Below are positions 1 to 9,603 of a DNA stretch of 32,000 nucleotides, piece by piece. Positions within the stretch are counted from its first letter, which is position 1. The number at the start of each line of letters is the position of its first letter. Source of the stretch: Copranaerobaculum intestinale (GTDB lineage Bacteria; Bacillota_I; Bacilli_A; Erysipelotrichales; Erysipelotrichaceae); the NCBI RefSeq assembly GCF_009831105.1, contig NZ_WUUQ01000001.1, positions 150,001-182,000 of the forward strand, given 5' to 3'. The translations under genes and the position numbers were made by a program. The notes under the pieces are model-generated. The model saw only the letters and a list, made by a program, of their open reading frames with translations, was not told where the DNA came from and made no database searches.

Positions 1-250
1 GCAGTTGAAGCCGCGCATCCAATGTGGAATCACCCTGCTGATATAAATGGACATATTCAATCAGGGCTTCGATGGGAAGTCCTGATGAACGCATGCATTT
101 GATGAATTCTACCCAGTTACAGGATTCTTCATCATAATCACGATTTCCACCGGTACTGCGGGGAACCGGAGGAATCAGACCGATACGCTCATAATAACGA
201 AGGGTATCCGGAGATAAATTAAATTTTAAACTTACCTCTTTAATCGTCAT
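1..250 (-). CDS. MerR family transcriptional regulator (N-terminal 83 codons; C-terminus lies beyond the window edge)
   Basis: Not in the ORF track because it runs off the edge. Translation from ATG 250..248 gives MTIKEVSLKFNLSPDTLRYYERIGLIPPVPRSTGGNRDYDEESCNWVEFIKCMRSSGLPIEALIEYVHLYQQGDSTLDARLQL. This is the classic MerR winged-HTH signature (TLRYYERIGL...R..G.R.Y). A GAGGTG SD lies 5 nt upstream. Confidence 0.8.
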   Translation of the reverse strand, partial: MTIKEVSLKFNLSPDTLRYYERIGLIPPVPRSTGGNRDYDEESCNWVEFIKCMRSSGLPIEALIEYVHLYQQGDSTLDARLQL

Positions 251-272
251 ACCATCACCTCTATCTGATGAT

Positions 273-303
273 AGTGTAACATCTGGAGCTCACTCCAAGT
301 CAA
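273..303 (-). promoter_or_regulatory. MerR-type promoter: -35 TTGACT, 19-bp spacer with dyad TGGAG-N4-CTCCA, -10 TACACT
   Basis: The minus strand reads TTGACT-TGGAGTGAGCTCCAGATGT-TACACT. The -35 is at 303..298, the spacer is 297..279 (19 nt) and the -10 is at 278..273, about 23 nt upstream of the MerR ATG. Over-long 19-bp spacers carrying a dyad are the hallmark of MerR-family regulated promoters. Confidence 0.5.
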
Positions 304-619
304 TCATTTTTTCTTTTTTCGCAATTTTTATCTATATTGGATCGCTATGACAGTGTTTTAAGGCTGTGTACCAGAAAAACCGCACGTTCTTTTATCGAAT
401 CCTCATTACTTTTTTATCTTGTATATCTTTCATTACTATTTGCAAATCAAATAAGCTTAATAAATTAACTGCCTGACAATAGAAGCTTTTTCGGCATCAG
501 TCGCTGCATTCCTGCAACAAATAAAGTGCTATTTTTTCTTTTTTCTGCTGTTCTGTATGGTAAGTATCCTGGCGGTTCTCGACGATGTGCTTTAAATCTG
601 CACGACGGTGTCGGTGACT

Positions 620-648
620 GAAAAAGAAGCATAGTTTTCTTCTGCTTC
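620..648 (-). terminator. Rho-independent terminator closing the ATL-like / Cys-rich mini-ORF unit
   Basis: Minus-strand RNA forms GAAGCA-(11 nt loop)-UGCUUC followed by UUUUU. The 5' arm overlaps the TGA at 649..647. Confidence 0.55.
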
Positions 649-844
649 AGATGTCACAAGGATACTTCTCACAATAGGAACAGTATTGAACATGATTATG
701 TTTAAGACTGCATCGAGCTATTTTACAAGGCCGGTTTCCTGCTCCGCCGCATCCCATGCAGAAATTATCCAGATACATTGAGCACGATATTCAGTTTAAG
801 CCGCATAATGACAAGCTTTGATTGCTTCTGACGAAGCCCTTCAC
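647..844 (-). pseudogene. DUF3795-like Cys-rich mini-ORF (65 codons) interrupted by an in-frame TGA at 793..791; pseudogene or selenocysteine candidate
   Basis: GTG 844..842 overlaps the upstream gene's stop as GTGA, with GAGGAG 5 nt upstream. Translation: MKGFVRSNQSLSLCGLN-TGA-ISCSMYLDNFCMGCGGAGNRPCKIARCSLKHNHVQYCSYCEKYPCDI-TGA. That is 9 Cys plus the TGA. The pattern CGLNxxxC ... CxGC ... C....C ... C..C..YPC resembles DUF3795. The residual ATG-initiated ORF 647..778 is only 43 aa. Confidence 0.4.
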
Positions 845-1329
845 AGCAGCTCCTCAAGATTCACACATACATTTTCATAATCTTTGACATAATAGCGTAG
901 ATTCGTTCTGCCACGCTGAATAATTTCATGTCCCTCCGCTTCCAATAGACTGCGTTGCTTCACAACCCCACCCGGATATTTGGGATTCAGTTCACCCTTT
1001 GCTTTCAAAGTTCGCCAATACGGTGTTTTATCTTCATCACGCTGATGACTGGCCCAGGCAGCGATTGATACAAAAATACCGGCTGTGATCGGATCGGTAA
1101 AGTCCGCGTCATGATGCCTAGCAAAATATTCACGAATCGCTCCCACGGTGATCACCTTGCCATTTGGTATCTTTTTCATAACCATATCATAATCAATCGG
1201 CGGAGCAAAATACATTCTGTTTCCCCCATATTTTTTGATCGATGCATCATCATCAATAATCTGAATCTTAGGCATTCCATTTTTTCTTTTCAGCATTACA
1301 TTAAAATCTTTTTGATCTTCATTTGCCAT
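841..1329 (-). CDS. MGMT-family / alkyltransferase-like (ATL) DNA-binding protein lacking the acceptor Cys
   Basis: ORF track 841..1338. The track start is GTG inside the SD; AGGAGGTG followed by 6 nt points to ATG 1329 (MANEDQ...). The C-terminal half (...ITVGAIREYFAR...TPYWRTLKAKGELNPKYPGG..QRSLLEAEG) matches the methylguanine-methyltransferase DNA-binding domain, with PYWR in place of PCHR. Confidence 0.65.
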   Translation of the reverse strand: MANEDQKDFNVMLKRKNGMPKIQIIDDDASIKKYGGNRMYFAPPIDYDMVMKKIPNGKVITVGAIREYFARHHDADFTDPITAGIFVSIAAWASHQRDEDKTPYWRTLKAKGELNPKYPGGVVKQRSLLEAEGHEIIQRGRTNLRYYVKDYENVCVNLEELL

Positions 1330-1349
1330 GACATCCACCTCCTAAGTAA

Positions 1350-1378
1350 AACATACAACACTTTCTATGGGTATGCAA
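1350..1378 (-). promoter_or_regulatory. Putative sigma-A promoter of the ATL-like gene (TTGCAT-17-TATGTT)
   Basis: Minus strand reads TTGCAT (1378..1373), a 17-nt spacer, then TATGTT (1355..1350), about 20 nt upstream of the ATG. Confidence 0.4.
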
Positions 1379-1563
1379 TGAGGCAGTTTTAAAATAAATA
1401 TAAATTTGTATGTTGGAATACATGATTCCCTATGCGAATTATGCAGGCTAAGCTTTTTACTAAATCACTAGGATACTTTAACAGCATCATAAAAAGAGTA
1501 TCGTTTGAAACCAAATCCTATTTCTGTCACAGCAATTCAGCATGCGTCGCTTGAAACATATTG

Positions 1564-1590
1564 AAAAAGGCATTGGTTAAAACCAACGCC
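1564..1590 (-). terminator. Rho-independent terminator downstream of lysS
   Basis: Minus-strand RNA forms GGCGUUGGUU / AACCAAUGCC (one G-U pair) followed by UUUUU. It lies about 135 nt after the lysS stop. Confidence 0.55.
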
Positions 1591-1725
1591 CTTTAAAATC
1601 TATGAATTTTGCAGTGTTTTTGTAATGTATTATTGTGGTGTAAATCAGGTGTAAATACCGTTTTTCATTTTACATGATATAACTGTATTTCCCTTTATTT
1701 AAGCCGCATTAGCGTATTACTTTAC

Positions 1726-3477
<1,752 letters not shown>

Positions 3478-3483
3478 ATCTGC

Positions 3484-3512
3484 ATTATAAATTGCTTTCA
3501 ATGCTTTGTCAA
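3484..3512 (-). promoter_or_regulatory. Consensus sigma-A promoter of the T-box-lysS unit (TTGACA-17-TATAAT)
   Basis: Minus strand reads TTGACA (3512..3507), a 17-nt spacer AAGCATTGAAAGCAATT, then TATAAT (3489..3484). Confidence 0.75.
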
Positions 3513-3550
3513 CCACAATTATCAAATCCTAAGCACTCTAAGAATTTCAT

Positions 3551-3585
3551 AAAAAAGAACGGCTTATCCCTCTGATATACCGTTC
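3551..3585 (-). terminator. Rho-independent terminator after the lipoprotein gene
   Basis: Minus-strand RNA forms GAACGG-(17 nt loop)-CCGUUC followed by UUUUUU. A-runs and T-runs flank both sides, so it may act bidirectionally. Confidence 0.5.
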
Positions 3586-3613
3586 AATTTTTTATAATAT
3601 CAAATTGTATTCT

Positions 3614-4261
3614 TTATTTGATATTATCGATCAGCCATTTCCCGTCTTTCTCAATAAGCGTAAACGTAGCGTTATATGTGTTATAGCTGCTCTTGTCGAT
3701 CAACTTGATTGCTTCCTCAAAGAATTTCGGCATGATACTGTTATAAATATACTTCATCATGGCATCCTGACCTTGACTTAAATAAATTTCCATAGCTTGC
3801 TTTTTATTTTCTTCATTATTCTCAAAATCGGTTGCCAGGTTCTGTATCTCCGTAGAAGATTCAATATTTTTCAATTCATCAAAGGAAGCCATTTTCCCTT
3901 TTACCTTAATAATCGTTTTCCCGTCTTTGACTTCTACTTCTTTGATCTTTGTATCCTTAAATAATTTTTCAAAAGCATAGTCTATATACTTCTGGGCAGA
4001 TTTCGCAGCTTCATCCCCATAAGTTTCTGCGTCCAGCATTTCATCGAAACTGGAACCGGCCATTTTCTGCAGATCCTCTACATCCTTGTATCCATCATCC
4101 GTCATAATACCTTTGATTTTATCAAAATCCGCTTTCTTCATATATGTGAAGAAGGTATTCACCGCTTTCTTTTGTGCATCGGTAGAATCTTTACCTCCGC
4201 ATGCGGCTAATGACAGCACCATCGCTGCCACGAAAAAAACTTTGAAAAACTTTTTCATCAT
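3614..4261 (-). CDS. Lipoprotein of unknown function
   Basis: 215 aa. The signal peptide MMKKFFKVFFVAAMVLSLAAC carries the lipobox LAAC-GG. The mature part is a Lys/Glu/Asp-rich soluble domain. Confidence 0.85.
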   Translation of the reverse strand: MMKKFFKVFFVAAMVLSLAACGGKDSTDAQKKAVNTFFTYMKKADFDKIKGIMTDDGYKDVEDLQKMAGSSFDEMLDAETYGDEAAKSAQKYIDYAFEKLFKDTKIKEVEVKDGKTIIKVKGKMASFDELKNIESSTEIQNLATDFENNEENKKQAMEIYLSQGQDAMMKYIYNSIMPKFFEEAIKLIDKSSYNTYNATFTLIEKDGKWLIDNIK

Positions 4262-4302
4262 GCGACCCCTTTCTATCCCCTTGATTGGGTTTATATAACT
4301 TA

Positions 4303-4331
4303 AGTATATCGTATGTGAAAATGCTTGTAAA
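4303..4331 (-). promoter_or_regulatory. Putative sigma-A promoter of the lipoprotein gene (TTTACA-17-TATACT)
   Basis: Minus strand reads TTTACA (4331..4326), a 17-nt spacer, then TATACT (4308..4303), about 40 nt upstream of the ATG. Confidence 0.55.
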
Positions 4332-4342
4332 GAAATGCAAAG

Positions 4343-5368
4343 TTAGATATTGCCAATTTCCGTATTTCTTATTCTTATTTCTTCTTGTTTTTCATAATCA
4401 TTTAGGATTGTTTCCAAATCTTCGTATGTATTCATATGAGCTAAGGCATCCTTCAGCCGATGAGATTGATGCAGTCCTTTTACGTACCAGGCTGCATGAC
4501 CGCGCATTTCACGCATTCCGACAGCTTCTCCCTTTAAGTCGCACAAGCGACTGGCATGTTCACGCGCGAGCCGGAATTTTTCATCCATGGATGCTTCTTC
4601 AGGTATTTTCCCCGTTTCCAAATATTCCACTGTTTGTTTTATGACCCATGGATCACCGAGCACCCCACGTCCGATCATTACCGCATCACAGCCGGTCTGC
4701 TTCAATGCGGCAAGTGCATCCTGAGGCGTTTTGATATCGCCGTTTACCATCACCGGTATAGATACCGCATCCTTGACAGCTTTCACGGCATTCCAATCAG
4801 CCTTCCCTTCATACATCTGTTTGCGGGTTCGTCCATGTACCGCTAATGCCGATGCCCCGGCAGCTTCCAGTTTTTTCGCCATGGATACACCGTTTAAATG
4901 GTAATCATCATAACCGATCCGCATTTTCACGGTAACCGGTTTTCGGACTGCCTCCACCACTGCTTTTACAATCGCTGCCGCATGATTTTCATCCAGCATC
5001 AGGGCACTGCCCGCACCGCTCTTAATTACCTTGTTTACCGGACATCCCATATTGATATCGATGATATCACAAGCCGTTTGAGTATCCAGCAGCTTCGCTG
5101 CATACACCATCGTCTCAATATCGCTGCCGAATATCTGCATGGTTAGCGGGTGCTCGATCGCATCCACCTGCGTCATCCCCAGTGTTTTGACATTTTGATA
5201 ATAAAGCGCCTTGTCACTGACCATTTCCGTATAAATCAATCCGGCCTGAAACTTCTTGCAGATATGACGGAAAGCAATATTACTGATACCAGCCATCGGT
5301 GCAATGACTACCTGATTGGCAATTTCAACGTTGCCGATTTTCCAGCTATGTTCTCCCATAAGTATCAA
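4343..5368 (-). CDS. dusB: tRNA-dihydrouridine synthase B
   Basis: Dus TIM-barrel motifs are present: VVIAPMAGISN, NMGCP (catalytic Cys), HGRTR. The ORF-track start at 5443 is an extension into hslO. GGAGGA (5379..5374) followed by 5 nt favours TTG 5368; ATG 5359 is the alternative. The start overlaps the hslO 3' end, suggesting translational coupling. Confidence 0.9.
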   Translation of the reverse strand: MILMGEHSWKIGNVEIANQVVIAPMAGISNIAFRHICKKFQAGLIYTEMVSDKALYYQNVKTLGMTQVDAIEHPLTMQIFGSDIETMVYAAKLLDTQTACDIIDINMGCPVNKVIKSGAGSALMLDENHAAAIVKAVVEAVRKPVTVKMRIGYDDYHLNGVSMAKKLEAAGASALAVHGRTRKQMYEGKADWNAVKAVKDAVSIPVMVNGDIKTPQDALAALKQTGCDAVMIGRGVLGDPWVIKQTVEYLETGKIPEEASMDEKFRLAREHASRLCDLKGEAVGMREMRGHAAWYVKGLHQSHRLKDALAHMNTYEDLETILNDYEKQEEIRIRNTEIGNI

Positions 5369-6236
5369 TGAAATCCTCCAAATCGCGCAGCTCCTGTTCA
5401 CTGAATTGATATCGTTCGTTGCAAAAATTACAGGTAATCTCACAGCCGTGGTCTTCTTCGATCATTTGCATACGTTCTTCTTTGGTAAGGGTAGTCAGCA
5501 CCCGTTTCATTTTTGCATGGGAGCAGTCACAGCGAAAAGCAACCGGCTGTTTAGATAAGATCTTTACATCACCAAACATATCATGCAATACCATTTCCAG
5601 ATCAGTTTCCTCATGAATGATTGTCGACATTGGCTTCAGCTGCTTCAATACTTCTTCACAGACCGCAATATCTTCCTCAGTTGCATCCGGCATCATCTGT
5701 AATATCATGCCGCCTGCGGAAAGAATATGATTATCCGTATCTACGAGAACCCCTACTGATACTGCAGAAGGCGTCTGCTCGCTCACTGTGAAATAGTAAG
5801 CAAAGTCATCACCGATTTCACCGGTCTGCAGTTGGACGGTGCCTTTCCAGTTATCGCGCCCTCCGACATCCTTGATAACCTCCAGATTACCCGCATTGCC
5901 AACCGCAATACCAACCGCCAATTTACCGGTCTCTTCATACTGAAAATGACAATGCGGTTCACTGACAAAACCGCGTACATGACCGTCACTGTACGCATCT
6001 ACCATGATGGTCCCAATCGGTCCGCCGCCATTGATAAGAATTGTAAGCTGCTCTTTTTCACTTTTCAGCATACTTCCCATCATAGAACCGACCGTTAGTG
6101 TACGTCCAAGCGCTGCAGCTGTTGTCGGCCACATATCAAAGCGTGTTCTCGCTTCTTCTACCATGGACGTTGTAGCACATATATAAATTCGGACATGTCC
6201 GTCGCATGCCAATGCTTTTATTAATTGATCTTCCAT
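5346..6236 (-). CDS. hslO: Hsp33 family redox-regulated chaperone
   Basis: The protein begins MEDQLIKALACDGHVRIY... The C-terminal zinc centre CDCS...(28 aa)...CNFC is present. AAAGGATG SD spacing supports ATG 6236 rather than the track start at 6290. Confidence 0.93.
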   Translation of the reverse strand: MEDQLIKALACDGHVRIYICATTSMVEEARTRFDMWPTTAAALGRTLTVGSMMGSMLKSEKEQLTILINGGGPIGTIMVDAYSDGHVRGFVSEPHCHFQYEETGKLAVGIAVGNAGNLEVIKDVGGRDNWKGTVQLQTGEIGDDFAYYFTVSEQTPSAVSVGVLVDTDNHILSAGGMILQMMPDATEEDIAVCEEVLKQLKPMSTIIHEETDLEMVLHDMFGDVKILSKQPVAFRCDCSHAKMKRVLTTLTKEERMQMIEEDHGCEITCNFCNERYQFSEQELRDLEDFIDTYGRT

Positions 6237-6422
6237 ATCTTCACATCCTTTTAAGCATGTATAAGTATACCATATTCCTAAAAAAATCACGACTTTGATG
6301 TAATAAGCAGATCATCAGTATATTAAAATAATTCTCAAGCATTAGCCATTTCACAAATCATTTATGCTTCTGCGAATTTTCTGTATTGCGTTGAACATGA
6401 AAAAACTTGCCAAGCTCAATCC

Positions 6423-7358
6423 TTATGAAAAGAAATGATCATTCTCAATGCCGCAATGATGAAATGTGAGCTTACGGATACGTTTTCCACATCTTGATAT
6501 ATACAGATCAACATGACCCAATAAGCACTCCTGCACAATGCGGTTCATTTCTCCCTGCTGCGGTGCTTCCAGCTGAAAGGCTGTATTCATCCGTATCGTG
6601 CATTCGATCTGATAAAAACCCTGACGGATGCACAGATAAAAGCCATTCTCATTAGATCTTGCTTTTGTCAGAACTGCTCCATGATAAGAAGCAAAACGAT
6701 ACTCTGTATGCTGATCCTTCACCACCATAATGATACCGGTAAAATGAAAAAGCCCCAGCGGAATCGCTGCACAGGAAAAAAAGAGCGCGGCTGGCTGCTC
6801 ATCACAACAATTAGACTGTGCCCATATATATCTTTGAGGAAAGGAGGTTCCCCAATCCTTTTCCTGATAAACAATTCCTTTTCGCTTCAGTATCTGTTGA
6901 TTATTTTCCATAAAACAGACAGCACGGCTGCCAAGATTGATAATGGCATGATTGCACTGCATATTTTTCAGATAAGCAAATGGACCCATAATAGTAGGCG
7001 CGTAAACACTCTGGTGAATATGAACAGCATTTTGAAACTGAAAATCAAACACTCTAGAAAGTCTTGTATCTTCAATATGAAGATAATTTCCGAGAAATAC
7101 ACTGCGTCCTATATGAAGCTCAAACGGTTTTGCCTGATACCGCCATTCATCCTGATTATAAGATGCTTTTTCCATGATCTGTGCTTCAGTATGAAAGACT
7201 TGAATAAATGCTTCCTGATTTTCTGCGGTTCTCGCAATTCCAAGAATGATCGCCGCCGAAAATTCATCACTGACAAAACGAAAATACCATCCTTCAAAAA
7301 ATGGTATCTTCAGGGATTCATGAAGCTGCAGCTCCTGTTCATATGTTATATTTTTCAT
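6423..7358 (-). CDS. Tocopherol-cyclase-like family protein (function unknown in this context)
   Basis: 311 aa. The N-terminal PFFEGWYFR motif recalls the tocopherol cyclase (VTE1-like) family, and the rest has soluble beta-rich character. No SD precedes the ATG. The antisense 237-aa ORF (6681..7394) looks like junk. Confidence 0.6.
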   Translation of the reverse strand: MKNITYEQELQLHESLKIPFFEGWYFRFVSDEFSAAIILGIARTAENQEAFIQVFHTEAQIMEKASYNQDEWRYQAKPFELHIGRSVFLGNYLHIEDTRLSRVFDFQFQNAVHIHQSVYAPTIMGPFAYLKNMQCNHAIINLGSRAVCFMENNQQILKRKGIVYQEKDWGTSFPQRYIWAQSNCCDEQPAALFFSCAAIPLGLFHFTGIIMVVKDQHTEYRFASYHGAVLTKARSNENGFYLCIRQGFYQIECTIRMNTAFQLEAPQQGEMNRIVQECLLGHVDLYISRCGKRIRKLTFHHCGIENDHFFS

Positions 7359-7399
7359 CTACATTACTTTATGAAAAAAGCGCTTAAAGTATGACCCAT

Positions 7400-7421
7400 A
7401 AAAAAACGCACTTACGTGCGT
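7400..7421 (-). terminator. Rho-independent terminator after ftsH
   Basis: Minus-strand RNA forms ACGCAC-GUAA-GUGCGU followed by UUUUUUU. It lies 33 nt after the ftsH stop. Confidence 0.6.
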
Positions 7422-7453
7422 CTTAGTTGTAGATAAAATAGTTTGAAGATTGC

Positions 7454-9589
7454 TTATGCATCTTTATTTTCATCATCAGATGGTTTTGAATCCTCAGCTT
7501 TTGGTTTCTTAGGAGAACGCTTTCGCACCGGTACTTTTTCCTCTGCTTCACCTTCAGATTTCGGTTTACGAGGAGCCCGCGGCTTACGCGGTGCCTTTGG
7601 TTTCTCAACCGGCTTTGCTTCAACCACAACATCAGCATCGGTCGCTACTGTTACATCACTTCCAGCGACGATTGCAGCTGCAGTGGCGGCTTCAACACCT
7701 TCTTCAAGTGTTTCAGTCGCTTCAACAGGTTCTGTAACTGCTGGTTTAACTGGTTCATTGGGATTGGTAATGGTTCCATATTCGACCAGATTCATAATTT
7801 GTTCATTTGTCAGTGTTTCTTCTTCCATTAAGGTTACCGCAATCAGATCCATCAGTGTACGGTTTGCCTTGATAATCGCTTTGGCATTTTCATAACATTC
7901 ATTAATGATCCGGCGTACTTCCTTATCGATTTCAAATGCGATTTCTCCGGAGTAATTGTTTCTGCTGCCATAGTCACGGCCCAAAAATACGTTGCCGCTG
8001 CCGTCATCATACTGAATCGGTCCTAGCGAAGACATACCAAAGCTGCGTACCATTGCTTTCGCGATTTTCGTAGCTTTTTGAATATCATTGCTGGCACCGG
8101 CAGAAATTTCATTAAAGACAACTTCTTCTGCCACACGGCCGCCAAGCAGTCCCGTGATTTGAGCCATGAAATCCGCCTTCGTCGGCATCATTTTTTCTTC
8201 TCTTGGTGTCATCAGATTATATCCGCCTGCATCACCACGCGGAATGATCGTAACCTTCTGTACCATATCGGCATTTTCCAGTTTTAATCCGATAATCGTA
8301 TGTCCCGTCTCGTGATATGCCACAAGACGCTTTTCTTTATCGGTATAAGTTTTACTTTTCTTAGCAGGGCCCATCATAACGCGGTCAATAGCTTCATCCA
8401 GATCATCCATAGTAATCAGGTTGCGGCTGTCGCGAACGGCCAGGATGGCTCCTTCATTCAATACGTTCTCCAGATCCGCTCCGCTGAATCCCGGGGTACG
8501 TTTTGCCAAATTATCTAAGTTGACATCCGATGCCAGCTTCTTGTTCCTAGCATGCACTTCCAAAATTGCCTGACGGCCTTTTTTATCCGGAAGATTTACC
8601 GTAATCTGACGATCAAACCGGCCGCTTCTAAGCAGCGCCGGATCCAATACGTCGGGACGGTTGGTAGCTGCAATGATAACGATACCGGTATTTTCACTCA
8701 TACCATCCATCTCAACCAGCAACTGGTTAAGCGTCTGCTCTCGCTCATCGTTTCCGCCGCCCATGCCGGCACCGCGCATCCGTCCTACTGCATCGATTTC
8801 ATCGATAAAGACAATACACGGAGCAGTCTGTTTCGCCTTTTTAAACATATCGCGAACCCGGCTTGCACCAGTACCTACGAACATTTCCACGAAATCAGAT
8901 CCTGAAATAGAGAAAAACGGAACATCCGCTTCACCGGCCACTGCCTTTGCAAGCAATGTTTTACCGGTACCCGGAGGACCTACCATCAGCATACCCTTAG
9001 GAATGCGGGCTCCCATATCCGAAAACTTCTTCGGTGCTTTTAAATAATCAATAATTTCTTTTACTTCTTCTTTCTCTTCATCACATCCGGCTACATCACG
9101 AAACCGCACTTTCACATCGCCTTCAATACGGGCGCGTGATTTTGAGAATTCAAATGCCTTATTGTTTCCACCAGCGGCATTCATCTTCGTAAACATGAAG
9201 ATGGCAACACCGACGAGCAGTAACAAAGGTACGATATTCAGCAGAAAATCCATCCAATAATTACGGCGGGTAGGATCGCTGAACACAACCTGATTTTTGC
9301 CTTTGTCATTTAATACTTTCGTTAACCACTCCACATTTTTCTCGGTACGCGGGACGGTTACAGAGAATTTGACTTCTTCTCCACCCTTCAAATAGCTTCC
9401 GCTGACATCCATAACGGTCGAATACATGCCGACACTTGTATCGGTAAACGTCAATTTTTCTGCTTGTTCTTTAAATGCATTAAAACTGAACTGCTTTGTA
9501 TTGGATCCGCCGCTGTATGTAAACAGCATCACTAAGATCAAGATTACCAGAAGATACGGAAGACCGTTAACAACTTTCTTGTTTTTCAT
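7454..9589 (-). CDS. ftsH: ATP-dependent zinc metalloprotease FtsH
   Basis: 711 aa with two TM helices. Motifs seen: Walker A GPPGTGKT, Walker [10 protein letters not shown], an SRH region and the HETGH zinc site. It ends in a roughly 104-aa low-complexity C-terminal tail. Confidence 0.97.
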   Translation of the reverse strand: MKNKKVVNGLPYLLVILILVMLFTYSGGSNTKQFSFNAFKEQAEKLTFTDTSVGMYSTVMDVSGSYLKGGEEVKFSVTVPRTEKNVEWLTKVLNDKGKNQVVFSDPTRRNYWMDFLLNIVPLLLLVGVAIFMFTKMNAAGGNNKAFEFSKSRARIEGDVKVRFRDVAGCDEEKEEVKEIIDYLKAPKKFSDMGARIPKGMLMVGPPGTGKTLLAKAVAGEADVPFFSISGSDFVEMFVGTGASRVRDMFKKAKQTAPCIVFIDEIDAVGRMRGAGMGGGNDEREQTLNQLLVEMDGMSENTGIVIIAATNRPDVLDPALLRSGRFDRQITVNLPDKKGRQAILEVHARNKKLASDVNLDNLAKRTPGFSGADLENVLNEGAILAVRDSRNLITMDDLDEAIDRVMMGPAKKSKTYTDKEKRLVAYHETGHTIIGLKLENADMVQKVTIIPRGDAGGYNLMTPREEKMMPTKADFMAQITGLLGGRVAEEVVFNEISAGASNDIQKATKIAKAMVRSFGMSSLGPIQYDDGSGNVFLGRDYGSRNNYSGEIAFEIDKEVRRIINECYENAKAIIKANRTLMDLIAVTLMEEETLTNEQIMNLVEYGTITNPNEPVKPAVTEPVEATETLEEGVEAATAAAIVAGSDVTVATDADVVVEAKPVEKPKAPRKPRAPRKPKSEGEAEEKVPVRKRSPKKPKAEDSKPSDDENKDA

Positions 9590-9603
9590 TTAATTCGCTC
9601 CTT

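Noticed and set aside
300-646. A ~340-bp AT-rich gap with no ORF between the mini-ORF terminator and the MerR promoter, examined as a possible decayed gene or sRNA. The frame after the TGA at 647 stays open for 48 more codons.
   Set aside because: The post-stop frame (SRRKLCFFFSHRHRR...) runs straight through the terminator hairpin and looks non-protein-like. I found no promoter plus terminator pair or conserved structure that I could defend by eye.
6681-7394. 237-aa + strand ORF opposite the tocopherol-cyclase-like gene
   Set aside because: The sequence is low-complexity and basic (MIRSKTILCMLILHHHNDTGK...) with no SD. The minus-strand frame carries a recognisable family motif and is longer.
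7443-7895. 150-aa + strand Ser/Ala/Thr-rich ORF
   Set aside because: It is the antisense image of the repetitive Lys/Pro/Ala/Glu-rich FtsH tail. The low-complexity codons simply lack stops on the other strand.
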